DNA of 64,000 nucleotides from Spirochaetales bacterium (GTDB lineage: Bacteria; Spirochaetota; Spirochaetia; JABEVK01), in the NCBI GenBank assembly GCA_037142615.1, contig JBAXAI010000001.1:320001-384000 (forward strand). Direction: 5' to 3'. The first letter of the stretch is position 1, and each line of letters begins with the position of its first letter. Below, piece after piece: positions 37,499 through 46,341 of this stretch. The translations under genes and the position numbers were made by a program. The notes under the pieces were generated by a model. It had not been told where the DNA came from. It ran no database searches and was given only the letters and a program-made list of their open reading frames with translations.

Positions 37499-39344
37499 CC
37501 GAGCAAGCGGCTCTCCCGACAACAAGACCCCCCGGCTTATTGCAATTGGGGTTCTCCTTTCCAGCTTCGTCCTCTTGTATCTCGTGCAGTTGTTTTCGAT
37601 GCAGATTATCAACAACGTCCGCTTCAGTCAGGATGCCACCCAGATATCTCAGAAGTCATTGCCCATTTCCGCCAAACGTGGTGAAATTTTTGACCGGTTC
37701 CATGACACGCCTCTTGTTCAAAATGTGGACTCTTTCCAAATCAGCTTTAACCCGGCAGAGGCGCCAGCCGAGCAGATTCCGCGCATTCTGTCGAGGCTCA
37801 GCGTGCTCCTCAAGGTGACTTTCTCGAGTCTCGACCAGAAAGTTCCAGCTAGTCTGTATTCGTCCTTCCAGAGCATCGAACTCAAGCGCGGAGTTGACTA
37901 TCCAACAGTTTCCCAGATAGCCGAGCACAAAGAGGATTTCGGTGGTGTCACTTGGGAAAGCAATCCCATCAGGAACTACCTCAATCTGGGCTCGCTTGCG
38001 CATGTGATCGGCTATGTCGGAAGCATCAACCAGGAAGAGCTTCAGGTTCTGTACAATCAGGGGTATGGGATGCGGAGCGTCATTGGCAAAAGTGGCATTG
38101 AAAAGAACTTTGATCTGGTGCTTCGCGGAAAGGAAGGGACGAGGTTCCGTACCGTCGATGTGAATGGGCGAAACGTCAGCAGCAATTCGAGCGATCAGAT
38201 CATTCCTGAGTCCGGGAAAGACCTTATCCTTACCATCGACCGCCGCATTCAGATCCTCGCCGAAAAGGCCCTCGGCCCTCGAAATGGTTCGGTCGTCGTT
38301 TTGCGCCCATCGACCGGCGAGATTCTCGCGATGGTCTCGTATCCCTATTTTGATCCAAACAAATTCTACACCGAGGAAGCCTCACAGGAGTTCACCCGCC
38401 TTCAAACGGACTCCACGTTTCCGCTCATGAATCGTAGTATCCAATCGGCTTATCCGCCTGGGTCCACTTTCAAGATCATCATGACGACAGCTATCCTCGG
38501 TGACAAGGTGCTCGACCCCAACCGAACCGTTGTATGCACTGGCTCTGTGGAAGTTGGTGACCGCGTATTCAAGTGCAATAAGCTCACAGGCCATGGTGTT
38601 GTCAATCTGGCTAAGGCGCTAGCCCAATCCTGCAACATCTACTTCTACAAGGCCGGACTCGAGAACCTCGGGATCGAGCGGATCGATGACTACTCCAACA
38701 AGTTCGGACTGGGTCAGCTCACCGGCGTCGATATTCCGGGCGAGATCGCAGGTCTGGTTCCGACGCGCAAGTGGAAGGAAAGGAACCTAAACTATCCATG
38801 GCTGGGCGGGGACACCGTGAATATTTCGATCGGGCAGGGGTACCTTCAGGTGACACCCATCCAGATGGCAAATGCCGTTGCGATGATCAGCAACATGGGA
38901 AGAGTTTACAGGCCCCACTTGGTGAAGTCCGTGCTCGACCCCCTCACCAAGAAAGTCGAGGAAACCCAGCCAGAGATCATCTCTGAGAATCCACTTACGC
39001 CAGAAATCTGGACTCAGGTCCAGAATAATATGCGGGGGGTCATCACCGAAGGGACTGCGGCTGTTGTCATTACAACCAAAGCGGTCAAGGTTGCGGGCAA
39101 GACGGGTACAGCCGAAGACGGCGGAAAAGGGTCGTCTAACCATTCCTGGTTTGTCGCCTACGCTCCTTGGGACGACCCCAATCCGGACAATCGGATTGTG
39201 TTGGCGGTACAAGTCGAAAAGACCAACGAGTGGGAATGGTGGGCGCCAAAAGCTGCTGATATGATTTTTCAGGGAATCTTCGCGAATCAGACGTACGAAG
39301 AGGCAATACAAACTCTCAAACCTTGGTACATCAGCTGGCAATGA
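37491..39344 (+). CDS. mrdA: Penicillin-binding protein 2
   Basis: RGEIFDR, GKSGIEK, PGSTFK (SxxK), SCN (SxN), KTGT. Confidence 0.96.
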   Translation: MGDRASGSPDNKTPRLIAIGVLLSSFVLLYLVQLFSMQIINNVRFSQDATQISQKSLPISAKRGEIFDRFHDTPLVQNVDSFQISFNPAEAPAEQIPRILSRLSVLLKVTFSSLDQKVPASLYSSFQSIELKRGVDYPTVSQIAEHKEDFGGVTWESNPIRNYLNLGSLAHVIGYVGSINQEELQVLYNQGYGMRSVIGKSGIEKNFDLVLRGKEGTRFRTVDVNGRNVSSNSSDQIIPESGKDLILTIDRRIQILAEKALGPRNGSVVVLRPSTGEILAMVSYPYFDPNKFYTEEASQEFTRLQTDSTFPLMNRSIQSAYPPGSTFKIIMTTAILGDKVLDPNRTVVCTGSVEVGDRVFKCNKLTGHGVVNLAKALAQSCNIYFYKAGLENLGIERIDDYSNKFGLGQLTGVDIPGEIAGLVPTRKWKERNLNYPWLGGDTVNISIGQGYLQVTPIQMANAVAMISNMGRVYRPHLVKSVLDPLTKKVEETQPEIISENPLTPEIWTQVQNNMRGVITEGTAAVVITTKAVKVAGKTGTAEDGGKGSSNHSWFVAYAPWDDPNPDNRIVLAVQVEKTNEWEWWAPKAADMIFQGIFANQTYEEAIQTLKPWYISWQ

Positions 39345-40660
39345 GCAACGAAACCACGCGGGCACCACTTCCAATCGACTCACTTCTGCTGATCTGCATT
39401 CTTGGGCTCATGACCATAGGTATCCTATTCATTTACTCGAGTGGCGTGAACTCCAGCGGGGTCCTCATCTCTTCGGAATACTTGAGGCAATTGCTATGGT
39501 CGGCACTGGCTCTTGCTGTTCTTGTTGTCTTCTCGTACTTCAACTACAACCTTCTCCGGGACTTCAGCCTCTGGATCTACCTTGTCTTTCTGATCCTCTT
39601 GGTTCTCACGCTGTTCTTTGGCAAAGTCGTGAATGGAGCCCGAGCCTGGCTCGGCATCTTCGGTCTTGGCGGACAGCCTTCAGAGTTCGCTAAGATCGCC
39701 ACGATTCTCTTCTTGGCGCGTTTTCTCGAATCGCGACGGGCAAAGATTGGCGATTGGAAGGTGTTTCTTCAGGCCTTTCTGATCGTTTCGATTCCGATGG
39801 TTCTCATCTTGCGCCAGCCGGACACCGGGACCACGCTGGTCTTCATACCCGTCTTCTTGCTGATGGTTTTCATGGCTGGTGGCAAGTTTCGACATCTCTT
39901 CTTTGTGGCAGCAACAGGTATCGCTTCGCTTGTTCTGGCGCTTGTACCCTTCGTCGAGACGATCATCTACCATGAATCCGATGGCATAGGCAGCCTCCTC
40001 GTCAACTGGAAAACCATGTTGGTCGTAGGGGGATTTCTGTTGACAATTCTCGGGGTGGCTGCCTATGGTTGGCTTCGGCTCAAGCGACGGGTCTTCTATT
40101 GGATACTGTTTCTCAGCTCCATTCTAGCCTTGGCTCTTGTGGTCTCAAGCGGCTTGAGGTTGGTTCTCAAAGAATACCAGATCATGCGATTCATCGTATT
40201 TCTTGATCCAAGCATCGACCCACGTGACTCTGGATGGAACCTCATACAATCGATTACCGCGATCGGATCAGGCGGTTTCTCTGGCAAAGGGTGGCTGGCT
40301 GGGACTCAGTCCCATCTCCGCTTCCTTCCGATGCAGAGTACCGACTTCATCTTTTCCGTGGTTGGAGAGGAATGGGGATTTCTAGGTGGACTGTTGGTCT
40401 TTGGACTATTTCTCGCAATCCTGTTCCGATTCCTGTTCATTATGCAGGCAATACGCGACCGGTATGGTGTCATTGTAATCTCCGGGTTTATTGGTGTTAT
40501 TTTTACCCACGTTTTCGTCAACGTAGGAATGACCGTAGGCATCATGCCCGTAACAGGGATTCCGCTGTACTTTCTGTCCTACGGTGGAAGTTCCTTGCTG
40601 GCCGCGTGCATGATGATGGGGATTGTGATGAACATTCACCATCGCCGGTTCATGTTCTGA
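39341..40660 (+). CDS. rodA: SEDS glycosyltransferase RodA
   Basis: QPSEFAK, QPD.GT, AIGSGG..GKG, TDFIF...EEWG, PVTGIPL.FLSYGGSS. Confidence 0.96.
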   Translation: MSNETTRAPLPIDSLLLICILGLMTIGILFIYSSGVNSSGVLISSEYLRQLLWSALALAVLVVFSYFNYNLLRDFSLWIYLVFLILLVLTLFFGKVVNGARAWLGIFGLGGQPSEFAKIATILFLARFLESRRAKIGDWKVFLQAFLIVSIPMVLILRQPDTGTTLVFIPVFLLMVFMAGGKFRHLFFVAATGIASLVLALVPFVETIIYHESDGIGSLLVNWKTMLVVGGFLLTILGVAAYGWLRLKRRVFYWILFLSSILALALVVSSGLRLVLKEYQIMRFIVFLDPSIDPRDSGWNLIQSITAIGSGGFSGKGWLAGTQSHLRFLPMQSTDFIFSVVGEEWGFLGGLLVFGLFLAILFRFLFIMQAIRDRYGVIVISGFIGVIFTHVFVNVGMTVGIMPVTGIPLYFLSYGGSSLLAACMMMGIVMNIHHRRFMF

Positions 40661-40687
40661 GCGCAAGGTTTACCCTCTGTCGGTATG

Positions 40688-40715
40688 AGTAGACCAAATA
40701 TTCATTATACGAACT
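40688..40715. other. Putative dif (XerCD) chromosome dimer resolution site
   Basis: Reverse complement AGTTCGTATAA-TGAATA-TTTGGTCTACT; 11-6-11 layout, intergenic, at the strand switch. Confidence 0.55.
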
Positions 40716-40716
40716 T

Positions 40717-41001
40717 CTATTCGCGATTTCGGTTCAGCAGGCGGTATACCAAGACGCAGAAAATCGAGCTCACTACCGGAATTACATACTGAAGGATGAT
40801 CTGAGCCATCAAGGGAGCTTGCCAGAGGCTCCGGAGCCACACTTCAACCATTGTACCTAGAAACGCACCAAGGACACTGAGCGCCAAGTCCAGGTAGATG
40901 ATGCGTGAACCCCGAGAAGAAAAGAAACGCTGAAAAAGGACCGCTACAAGGAAGCCCGTCAAGAGCAATTGAACGGTCAGCGTGAACATGTTGTAGATCA
41001 C
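40717..41001 (-). CDS. Small membrane protein (GlsB/YeaQ/YmgE-like)
   Basis: Three hydrophobic helices, LALSVLGAFLG; overlaps the upstream lipoprotein stop. Confidence 0.65.
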   Translation of the reverse strand: MIYNMFTLTVQLLLTGFLVAVLFQRFFSSRGSRIIYLDLALSVLGAFLGTMVEVWLRSLWQAPLMAQIILQYVIPVVSSIFCVLVYRLLNRNRE

Positions 41002-41720
41002 GATCGGACCATGATTCCCGAAATGATTCCCCAGGGAACAGGAGTACTGTAGTACTGAACGAAGGTTTCGCGGGACTCTGCGTAGGCAACGATAAAGAAC
41101 TCGATCTCAAAGGACTTGGTAGCCGTAGTGACACTGGCGGAATCCATGTCCGAATCTGGTATCAATGTGACTGCGTTCGCCAGGTCAGAGAAATTTGCGC
41201 TAATCCGTACCTCATTGGGAGTACTTAGGCTTCGGACCAAAACGATCTCCGTCAACTTTGTGCCCGTGGCCGAAACAATGCTCGCGGTTGGTTCGTCTAC
41301 TGTTCCCGTGGCGAACTTCAGCGAAGCTAGAAATGCGCTGAAGTCAAGCACTACCGTCTGTTTGGAGGTTGTGTTGAGATCCATAGGCAACAGCGGATGA
41401 ATCAACGTCGCCGAACTCAACCTCTTGTATCCAAGGGAAGTGAGTGTTTCGATTTTTGGTGTGGTGCTGACCACGCCTGCATCGCGGGCAAGATTCGTCG
41501 TTGCGTTTAGCTGATCTGGATAGATCTTGTAATATACTTCGTAACCCAAGAAGTCACTCCCTCCATAGGTACCCGGGTCGTGAGTAAGGGAGAGTCGGGT
41601 GTAGTCGGACTGTTGCTGATAGGTAACGGTCAGTACCGGTGCGTCGAGGCTTTGGTAGGTCTCAAGTCCACACGACCAAAGTAGCACAGCAAGAACGGTT
41701 CCTGCGACCCTCCAAATCAT
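40998..41720 (-). CDS. Lipoprotein
   Basis: LLWSC lipobox; F.GYEVYYKIY; ATGA coupled to the cyclase. Confidence 0.8.
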   Translation of the reverse strand: MIWRVAGTVLAVLLWSCGLETYQSLDAPVLTVTYQQQSDYTRLSLTHDPGTYGGSDFLGYEVYYKIYPDQLNATTNLARDAGVVSTTPKIETLTSLGYKRLSSATLIHPLLPMDLNTTSKQTVVLDFSAFLASLKFATGTVDEPTASIVSATGTKLTEIVLVRSLSTPNEVRISANFSDLANAVTLIPDSDMDSASVTTATKSFEIEFFIVAYAESRETFVQYYSTPVPWGIISGIMVRS

Positions 41721-44080
41721 TTCTTGGAAACAACTTGAGGCGCGGCAAACCCATCAACAAAATCAACCAACTCGTAGATCAGCACGGGCTTGTTCTTGCC
41801 CTTGACGCGAATGTTGTCAAGTTCACGGACCACAGCCCGCTCTTTGAAGTGCGAGTAGGTGTTTTCGCTGATGATCACATTTGTTCCATATTCCTTGTTG
41901 GTACCTTCCAAGCGCGCGCCGAGGTTCACGTTGTCACCCATCAGTGTGTAGTTCATGCGCCCCTGCGAACCCATATTACCGACCGTCATGATCCCGGAAT
42001 TAAGACCAATTCCTATGTTGATCTTGCGATTTTCGGGCCATTCGGCGTTCATCTCTGCCAACTTCTCCATCATCCGCAAGCCGCATTTGGCGGCAAGTTC
42101 GGCATGGTCCTTCTCTTCCAGGGGGGCCCCCCAGAAGCACATGATCTCATCCCCCACATACTTATCCAGTGTGCCCCGGTATTCATGGATCGTGTCTGTC
42201 ATGGCAGTCAGATAGAGGTTTAGATGATTGACCAACTCCTGAGGGGACATGCCTTCAGAAAGCGAGGTGAATCCACGAATATCCGAGAAGAGAACGGTGA
42301 GTTCCTTGTCGACTCCGCCAAGTTCAGGCGGATGTTCCATTAGTTGGCTAACGACATCCGGGCTGACGTACTTTCCAAAGATTCCTCGTATCCGCTGTTT
42401 GTCGCGCTCTTCAGTCAGCGCGCGGTAAACGATAATCAGCAGGAACGTAAAGATGATTCCCGCCGCCAAGGGGGTGAAAGGGAATACAAACGAGGTGAGA
42501 TCGAAAAGTAAGGCGGCACCGACGAACGAGACGAGAAAGAGTACCAACGTAACGGCGAGGGAAAGAATCGTTGGTGTTCGTGAGGCCAAGAATGCCACCA
42601 GCATAATCAGGACAAACATCGCCAGTATGACGTAGCCGACGGGAAGATCGAGAAGGAAGTTTTGTGTGAGTATTGTATTCAGGGCGTTGGCGTGAATTTC
42701 GACGCCGTACATCAGACCGTAAGGCGTTGTTTTTTCATCGTCAGCCACGCCGCTGCTGAAGGGCCCAACCATCAGAACCTTATTTCCCAAAACACGGGTC
42801 TCTGGCCAGGTCGTGACGTCAGTTGACGGAGCTCTTGTCGCGTAACTGGAGTAACTCCGAACAGGGAACGTCTGATACTCATCGCCTTTCTCAGAAGAAC
42901 GGGGACCCATGAAGTTGACGATCATGTTTCCCGCCTGATCAATGGGGATGCGAACTTCGGCTTGAGGGAGCCTGGACCAACTTCCACTCTCTACGGAATA
43001 CGCCTCTGGCGCCGGGATAACTATCGCGTCGCCGAGGCTCACCGAAATATCGGCTGGTGTCTTGTGCCAGTAGTGTAGCGCCATGGAAAGCGTCACGGAA
43101 GGAAGAAATATATCTTGAACTTTCTGGATGAAAAAGACCTCGCGGATTTGGTCTGAACCTTCATCAGTCACCTGACGTTTCAGGGCAATGGGTTCCAGGA
43201 AGGCCGGAAGACTGTCAAGAACCTGCTGAGTCAGCGGGACTGGCAAGTTCACTTTATTCCCAGTCTTATCGGTATAGGCGTATCGGACAAACTGATTCGT
43301 GTAATCCGTGGTATCGGGTTTCAGATCCTTGAGTTCGATGCTTTCGAGAACCTTTGTTATTTTTGCAACAAGCGTCTGGCGACGGAAGATCTTGTCCGCA
43401 TCTGCAACAAAGGAAGCGTGTCCATAGCTCGCCGCCCCCTCTGCCAAAGGAATCAGCGGAGCATAGACTGTCTCAAAGCTGGGCATGTTTGCCCAGTCCC
43501 CTGTCACGTTCTTGACCGCCCCACCCCGCTGCCTCAAAACCTCAAGACGGTCAAACTGGATTTGGGACTGATCCACATCCATGGTAGACGGCGCATAGAT
43601 CGTTTCCATCACAACCCGCCCGTGGGACTTGATGGCGTCAGCAAATGCTACATCATTCTCTGCCTGACTCTCCCGATCGAGGAAGAAAAAGTCGAGAAAA
43701 ACACTGTCTTCACGCTGATTTTGGTCCGTGATCCTGCTGAGGCTATTGAGCAAATCTGCATGAACGGACCGAGAGAAAGGCCAGCGCCCCAACGTCTCGA
43801 TACTCCTATTGTCGATACCGAGAATCATGATATCCGGCGAAATCTTGTCATTCTTGGGCTTGACTGTGGCCCCTTCCTGCTCAAATTGAGGACTCACGAT
43901 GTCACGCAGACGGAAGAATCCGTCCGTCGTTGACCGGTCCATGGGTTCAAAAATGCTAAAACCCGAGAAAAAGGCCAGCCAAGTGAAGAAGACAAAAACT
44001 AAGAAACCCAGGATAAGCCCAAAGTTCTTTGTTTCCAGGATTTTGCGGAGCCGACTCGCAGACGCTTTTTCTTCATTCAT
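41717..44080 (-). CDS. CHASE2-domain class III adenylate cyclase
   Basis: IDN.S...GRWPFSR, GVEIHA..L.T, 3 TMs, FSDIRGFT, DKYVGD, GDNVNLGARLE. Confidence 0.93.
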   Translation of the reverse strand: MNEEKASASRLRKILETKNFGLILGFLVFVFFTWLAFFSGFSIFEPMDRSTTDGFFRLRDIVSPQFEQEGATVKPKNDKISPDIMILGIDNRSIETLGRWPFSRSVHADLLNSLSRITDQNQREDSVFLDFFFLDRESQAENDVAFADAIKSHGRVVMETIYAPSTMDVDQSQIQFDRLEVLRQRGGAVKNVTGDWANMPSFETVYAPLIPLAEGAASYGHASFVADADKIFRRQTLVAKITKVLESIELKDLKPDTTDYTNQFVRYAYTDKTGNKVNLPVPLTQQVLDSLPAFLEPIALKRQVTDEGSDQIREVFFIQKVQDIFLPSVTLSMALHYWHKTPADISVSLGDAIVIPAPEAYSVESGSWSRLPQAEVRIPIDQAGNMIVNFMGPRSSEKGDEYQTFPVRSYSSYATRAPSTDVTTWPETRVLGNKVLMVGPFSSGVADDEKTTPYGLMYGVEIHANALNTILTQNFLLDLPVGYVILAMFVLIMLVAFLASRTPTILSLAVTLVLFLVSFVGAALLFDLTSFVFPFTPLAAGIIFTFLLIIVYRALTEERDKQRIRGIFGKYVSPDVVSQLMEHPPELGGVDKELTVLFSDIRGFTSLSEGMSPQELVNHLNLYLTAMTDTIHEYRGTLDKYVGDEIMCFWGAPLEEKDHAELAAKCGLRMMEKLAEMNAEWPENRKINIGIGLNSGIMTVGNMGSQGRMNYTLMGDNVNLGARLEGTNKEYGTNVIISENTYSHFKERAVVRELDNIRVKGKNKPVLIYELVDFVDGFAAPQVVSKK

Positions 44081-44106
44081 GGAAGACCTCGTTCTCGTTT
44101 TGGGCT

Positions 44107-44799
44107 TTACTCGGAACCTAGCAGAATTATACGGTCATGTGCAAGTTTTGTCCAATTGGACTCAGGGTACTTCTCAAGCAACGCCTTGTAGGCGGCCAGA
44201 GCGTCGGCTGTTTTCAACTGAAGCTCCAGGAGGTGGCCCTTGGTAAAGTACACCTGGGGCGCAAGCACCTGATTGATGGAGTACGTTTTCAGAAAGCCAT
44301 CCAATAACGCCAACGCAGCAACGAGGTCGCCCGCTTCTTCCTGACAAACCGAAGCATTGACCATGCCGATGGGAGCCAAGTAACTTTGAGGGTCTTTTTC
44401 TGAAATTGCAGCATAGACCTTGGAAGCCTCCGACCACTTCTTCTCTTCAGCGAGGAAGTTGCCGTGAAGGAACAACGCCTTGAGCAGACCGTAGGACACG
44501 GGGGCGTTCCTTTCCACGGCCGACAGTTCATCCTCGAGAGCCCTTCCCAGGGTTTCTTTCTTGGTTAGGTCACTTTCGGACTGCCAAGAAACAAAGTCGT
44601 CCTGGCTCTTTTCAATTCGGGACGCGTAGTCCTTCTTCGTCGAGGCGTCGATCTGTGACCAGATGGCCAAACCCACAAGCACCACAATAATGACCGCCAC
44701 GATTCCAATCAGCACCGTCCGGTATTTCTGGAGGAAGTTGCTCAAGCCGTGCTTCAATTGGGTTCGTAGCGGGATCACTTCCTTACTCTTGTCCGACAT
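44107..44799 (-). CDS. Membrane-anchored TPR protein (YfgM-like)
   Basis: Single N-terminal TM, then TPRs ending LLEKYPESNW...A. Confidence 0.8.
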   Translation of the reverse strand: MSDKSKEVIPLRTQLKHGLSNFLQKYRTVLIGIVAVIIVVLVGLAIWSQIDASTKKDYASRIEKSQDDFVSWQSESDLTKKETLGRALEDELSAVERNAPVSYGLLKALFLHGNFLAEEKKWSEASKVYAAISEKDPQSYLAPIGMVNASVCQEEAGDLVAALALLDGFLKTYSINQVLAPQVYFTKGHLLELQLKTADALAAYKALLEKYPESNWTKLAHDRIILLGSE

Positions 44800-46318
44800 C
44801 TTGTTCTCCTTTGTCGCGAATATCTAGCTGCAATTCTTTCATGAGTTTGGACAGGTATGTCCTTTGAATTCCAAGTTCACGGGCGGCCTTCGTCTGATTT
44901 CCGCCACAGTCACGAAGCGTCTTGTTGATCAGTCTGGTTTTATAGTCCAGTACAGAACTTTTGAGGTCAGCACCGTGGTGGGTGGACGACTCCTGGGTCA
45001 GGGGAAGCCCCCAGTCCTGTGCTGTGATCAAACTGTTTTCACAGACCAAGACGGCCCTCTCGACGACGTTTTTCAGTTCACGGACATTGCCAGGCCAAGG
45101 ATAGGCAATCAATACCTCGAGGGCCCCGGACTCCCATCCCCGAACCGACCTGCCATGTTGCACGCTGTAGTGTTTAACAAAGAGGCCCGCAAGAAGTTCT
45201 ATGTCAACTAGACGTTCTCGAAGGGGGGGCAACGAAACAGGGAGAACATGAAGTCGATAGTACAGGTCCTGACGGAATGCTCCGTCCTTCATCGCTCTTT
45301 CAAGTGGTTGATTGGTAGCCGCAACGACTCTCACGTCGGCAAAAAGTGAAACCGTTGATCCGACAGGCTCAAACACACGCGACTGGAGTACGCGAAGTAG
45401 CTTCGCTTGCAAGAGTGGCGTTAGGGTTGCAATTTCGTCGAGAAACAAGGTTCCACCGTCAGCCAGCTCAAAGCGGCCTTTTTTGTCCGTGACTGCGTCT
45501 GTGAAGGACCCTTTGACGTGGCCAAAGAGCTCGCTCTCGAGAAGGCTCTCGGGTAGGGCCGCACAGTTCACCTTGATAAGGGGTCCCGAAGCGCGTGAAC
45601 TGCCTTCATGAAGCATCTCTGCGATTCGTTCTTTGCCGGTACCGTTTTCTCCTAGAATAAGCACCGTCGAGTCCGTGGTGGCATACTTGCGGGTCAACGC
45701 GAGGACCTCGTTCATCTTTGGGTCACGGGTAACAAAGGCTTCCCCTCCGCTGTGTCCCTCCAGCGCAACACTGAGCTTTGTCAGTTCATCTTTCATCAGC
45801 TTGACTGACTGGGCGTTGTGTATCGCCATTCCTGCCTGGTTGGCAAACAGCTCCACCCAAGTCATGTCCTCGGCAGAAAAGTCCTGTCCGTTGCGCTTGT
45901 TGATAAGCTCAAGTACGCCAACACACTCACCCAGAACCCTTAGGGGGACTGCAAGAATGTTTTGAGTTGGGTAGCCGATATCACGGGAAATCTGGGCCGC
46001 AAACCGCCGGTCCTTGGCAACGTCGGGAACGTGCAGTGGAACGTTGTGTTTGGCGACCCAACCGGCTATCCCCTCACCGTTCTTGAGAACGAAGGACTTG
46101 ACCTCAGTGCCTTTAGGGCCCAAAGCCACGACGAACTCCAAGTTCGAGGTCACCTTGTTGAGCATCAGCAGGCTCGCCGACTCGCCCGAAGTCAACTCCA
46201 TGGCAGAATCAAGAATCTCCTCGAACAACCCGTTAAGATCAAAAGAGCGGGAGTTGAGTTGATTGTTGATTTCCAGAAAGACATCCAGCTTCTGGGGGTC
46301 GACAGGAGAGTGAAACAT
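44783..46318 (-). CDS. GAF-domain sigma54-dependent activator (NifA/FhlA-like)
   Basis: GAF (GEGIAGWV, GVLELINK), GENGTGKE, ESELFGH, LFLDEI, FRQDLYYRL, WPGNVREL, Fis-type HTH. Confidence 0.94.
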   Translation of the reverse strand: MFHSPVDPQKLDVFLEINNQLNSRSFDLNGLFEEILDSAMELTSGESASLLMLNKVTSNLEFVVALGPKGTEVKSFVLKNGEGIAGWVAKHNVPLHVPDVAKDRRFAAQISRDIGYPTQNILAVPLRVLGECVGVLELINKRNGQDFSAEDMTWVELFANQAGMAIHNAQSVKLMKDELTKLSVALEGHSGGEAFVTRDPKMNEVLALTRKYATTDSTVLILGENGTGKERIAEMLHEGSSRASGPLIKVNCAALPESLLESELFGHVKGSFTDAVTDKKGRFELADGGTLFLDEIATLTPLLQAKLLRVLQSRVFEPVGSTVSLFADVRVVAATNQPLERAMKDGAFRQDLYYRLHVLPVSLPPLRERLVDIELLAGLFVKHYSVQHGRSVRGWESGALEVLIAYPWPGNVRELKNVVERAVLVCENSLITAQDWGLPLTQESSTHHGADLKSSVLDYKTRLINKTLRDCGGNQTKAARELGIQRTYLSKLMKELQLDIRDKGEQDVGQE

Positions 46319-46341
46319 CGGACCTCATCCCAGGAAATCTC

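Noticed and set aside
40702-40715. loxP-like half site (TTCGTATAATG on the minus strand)
   Set aside because: Only one arm matches and there is no Cre or phage context; better explained as a dif arm.
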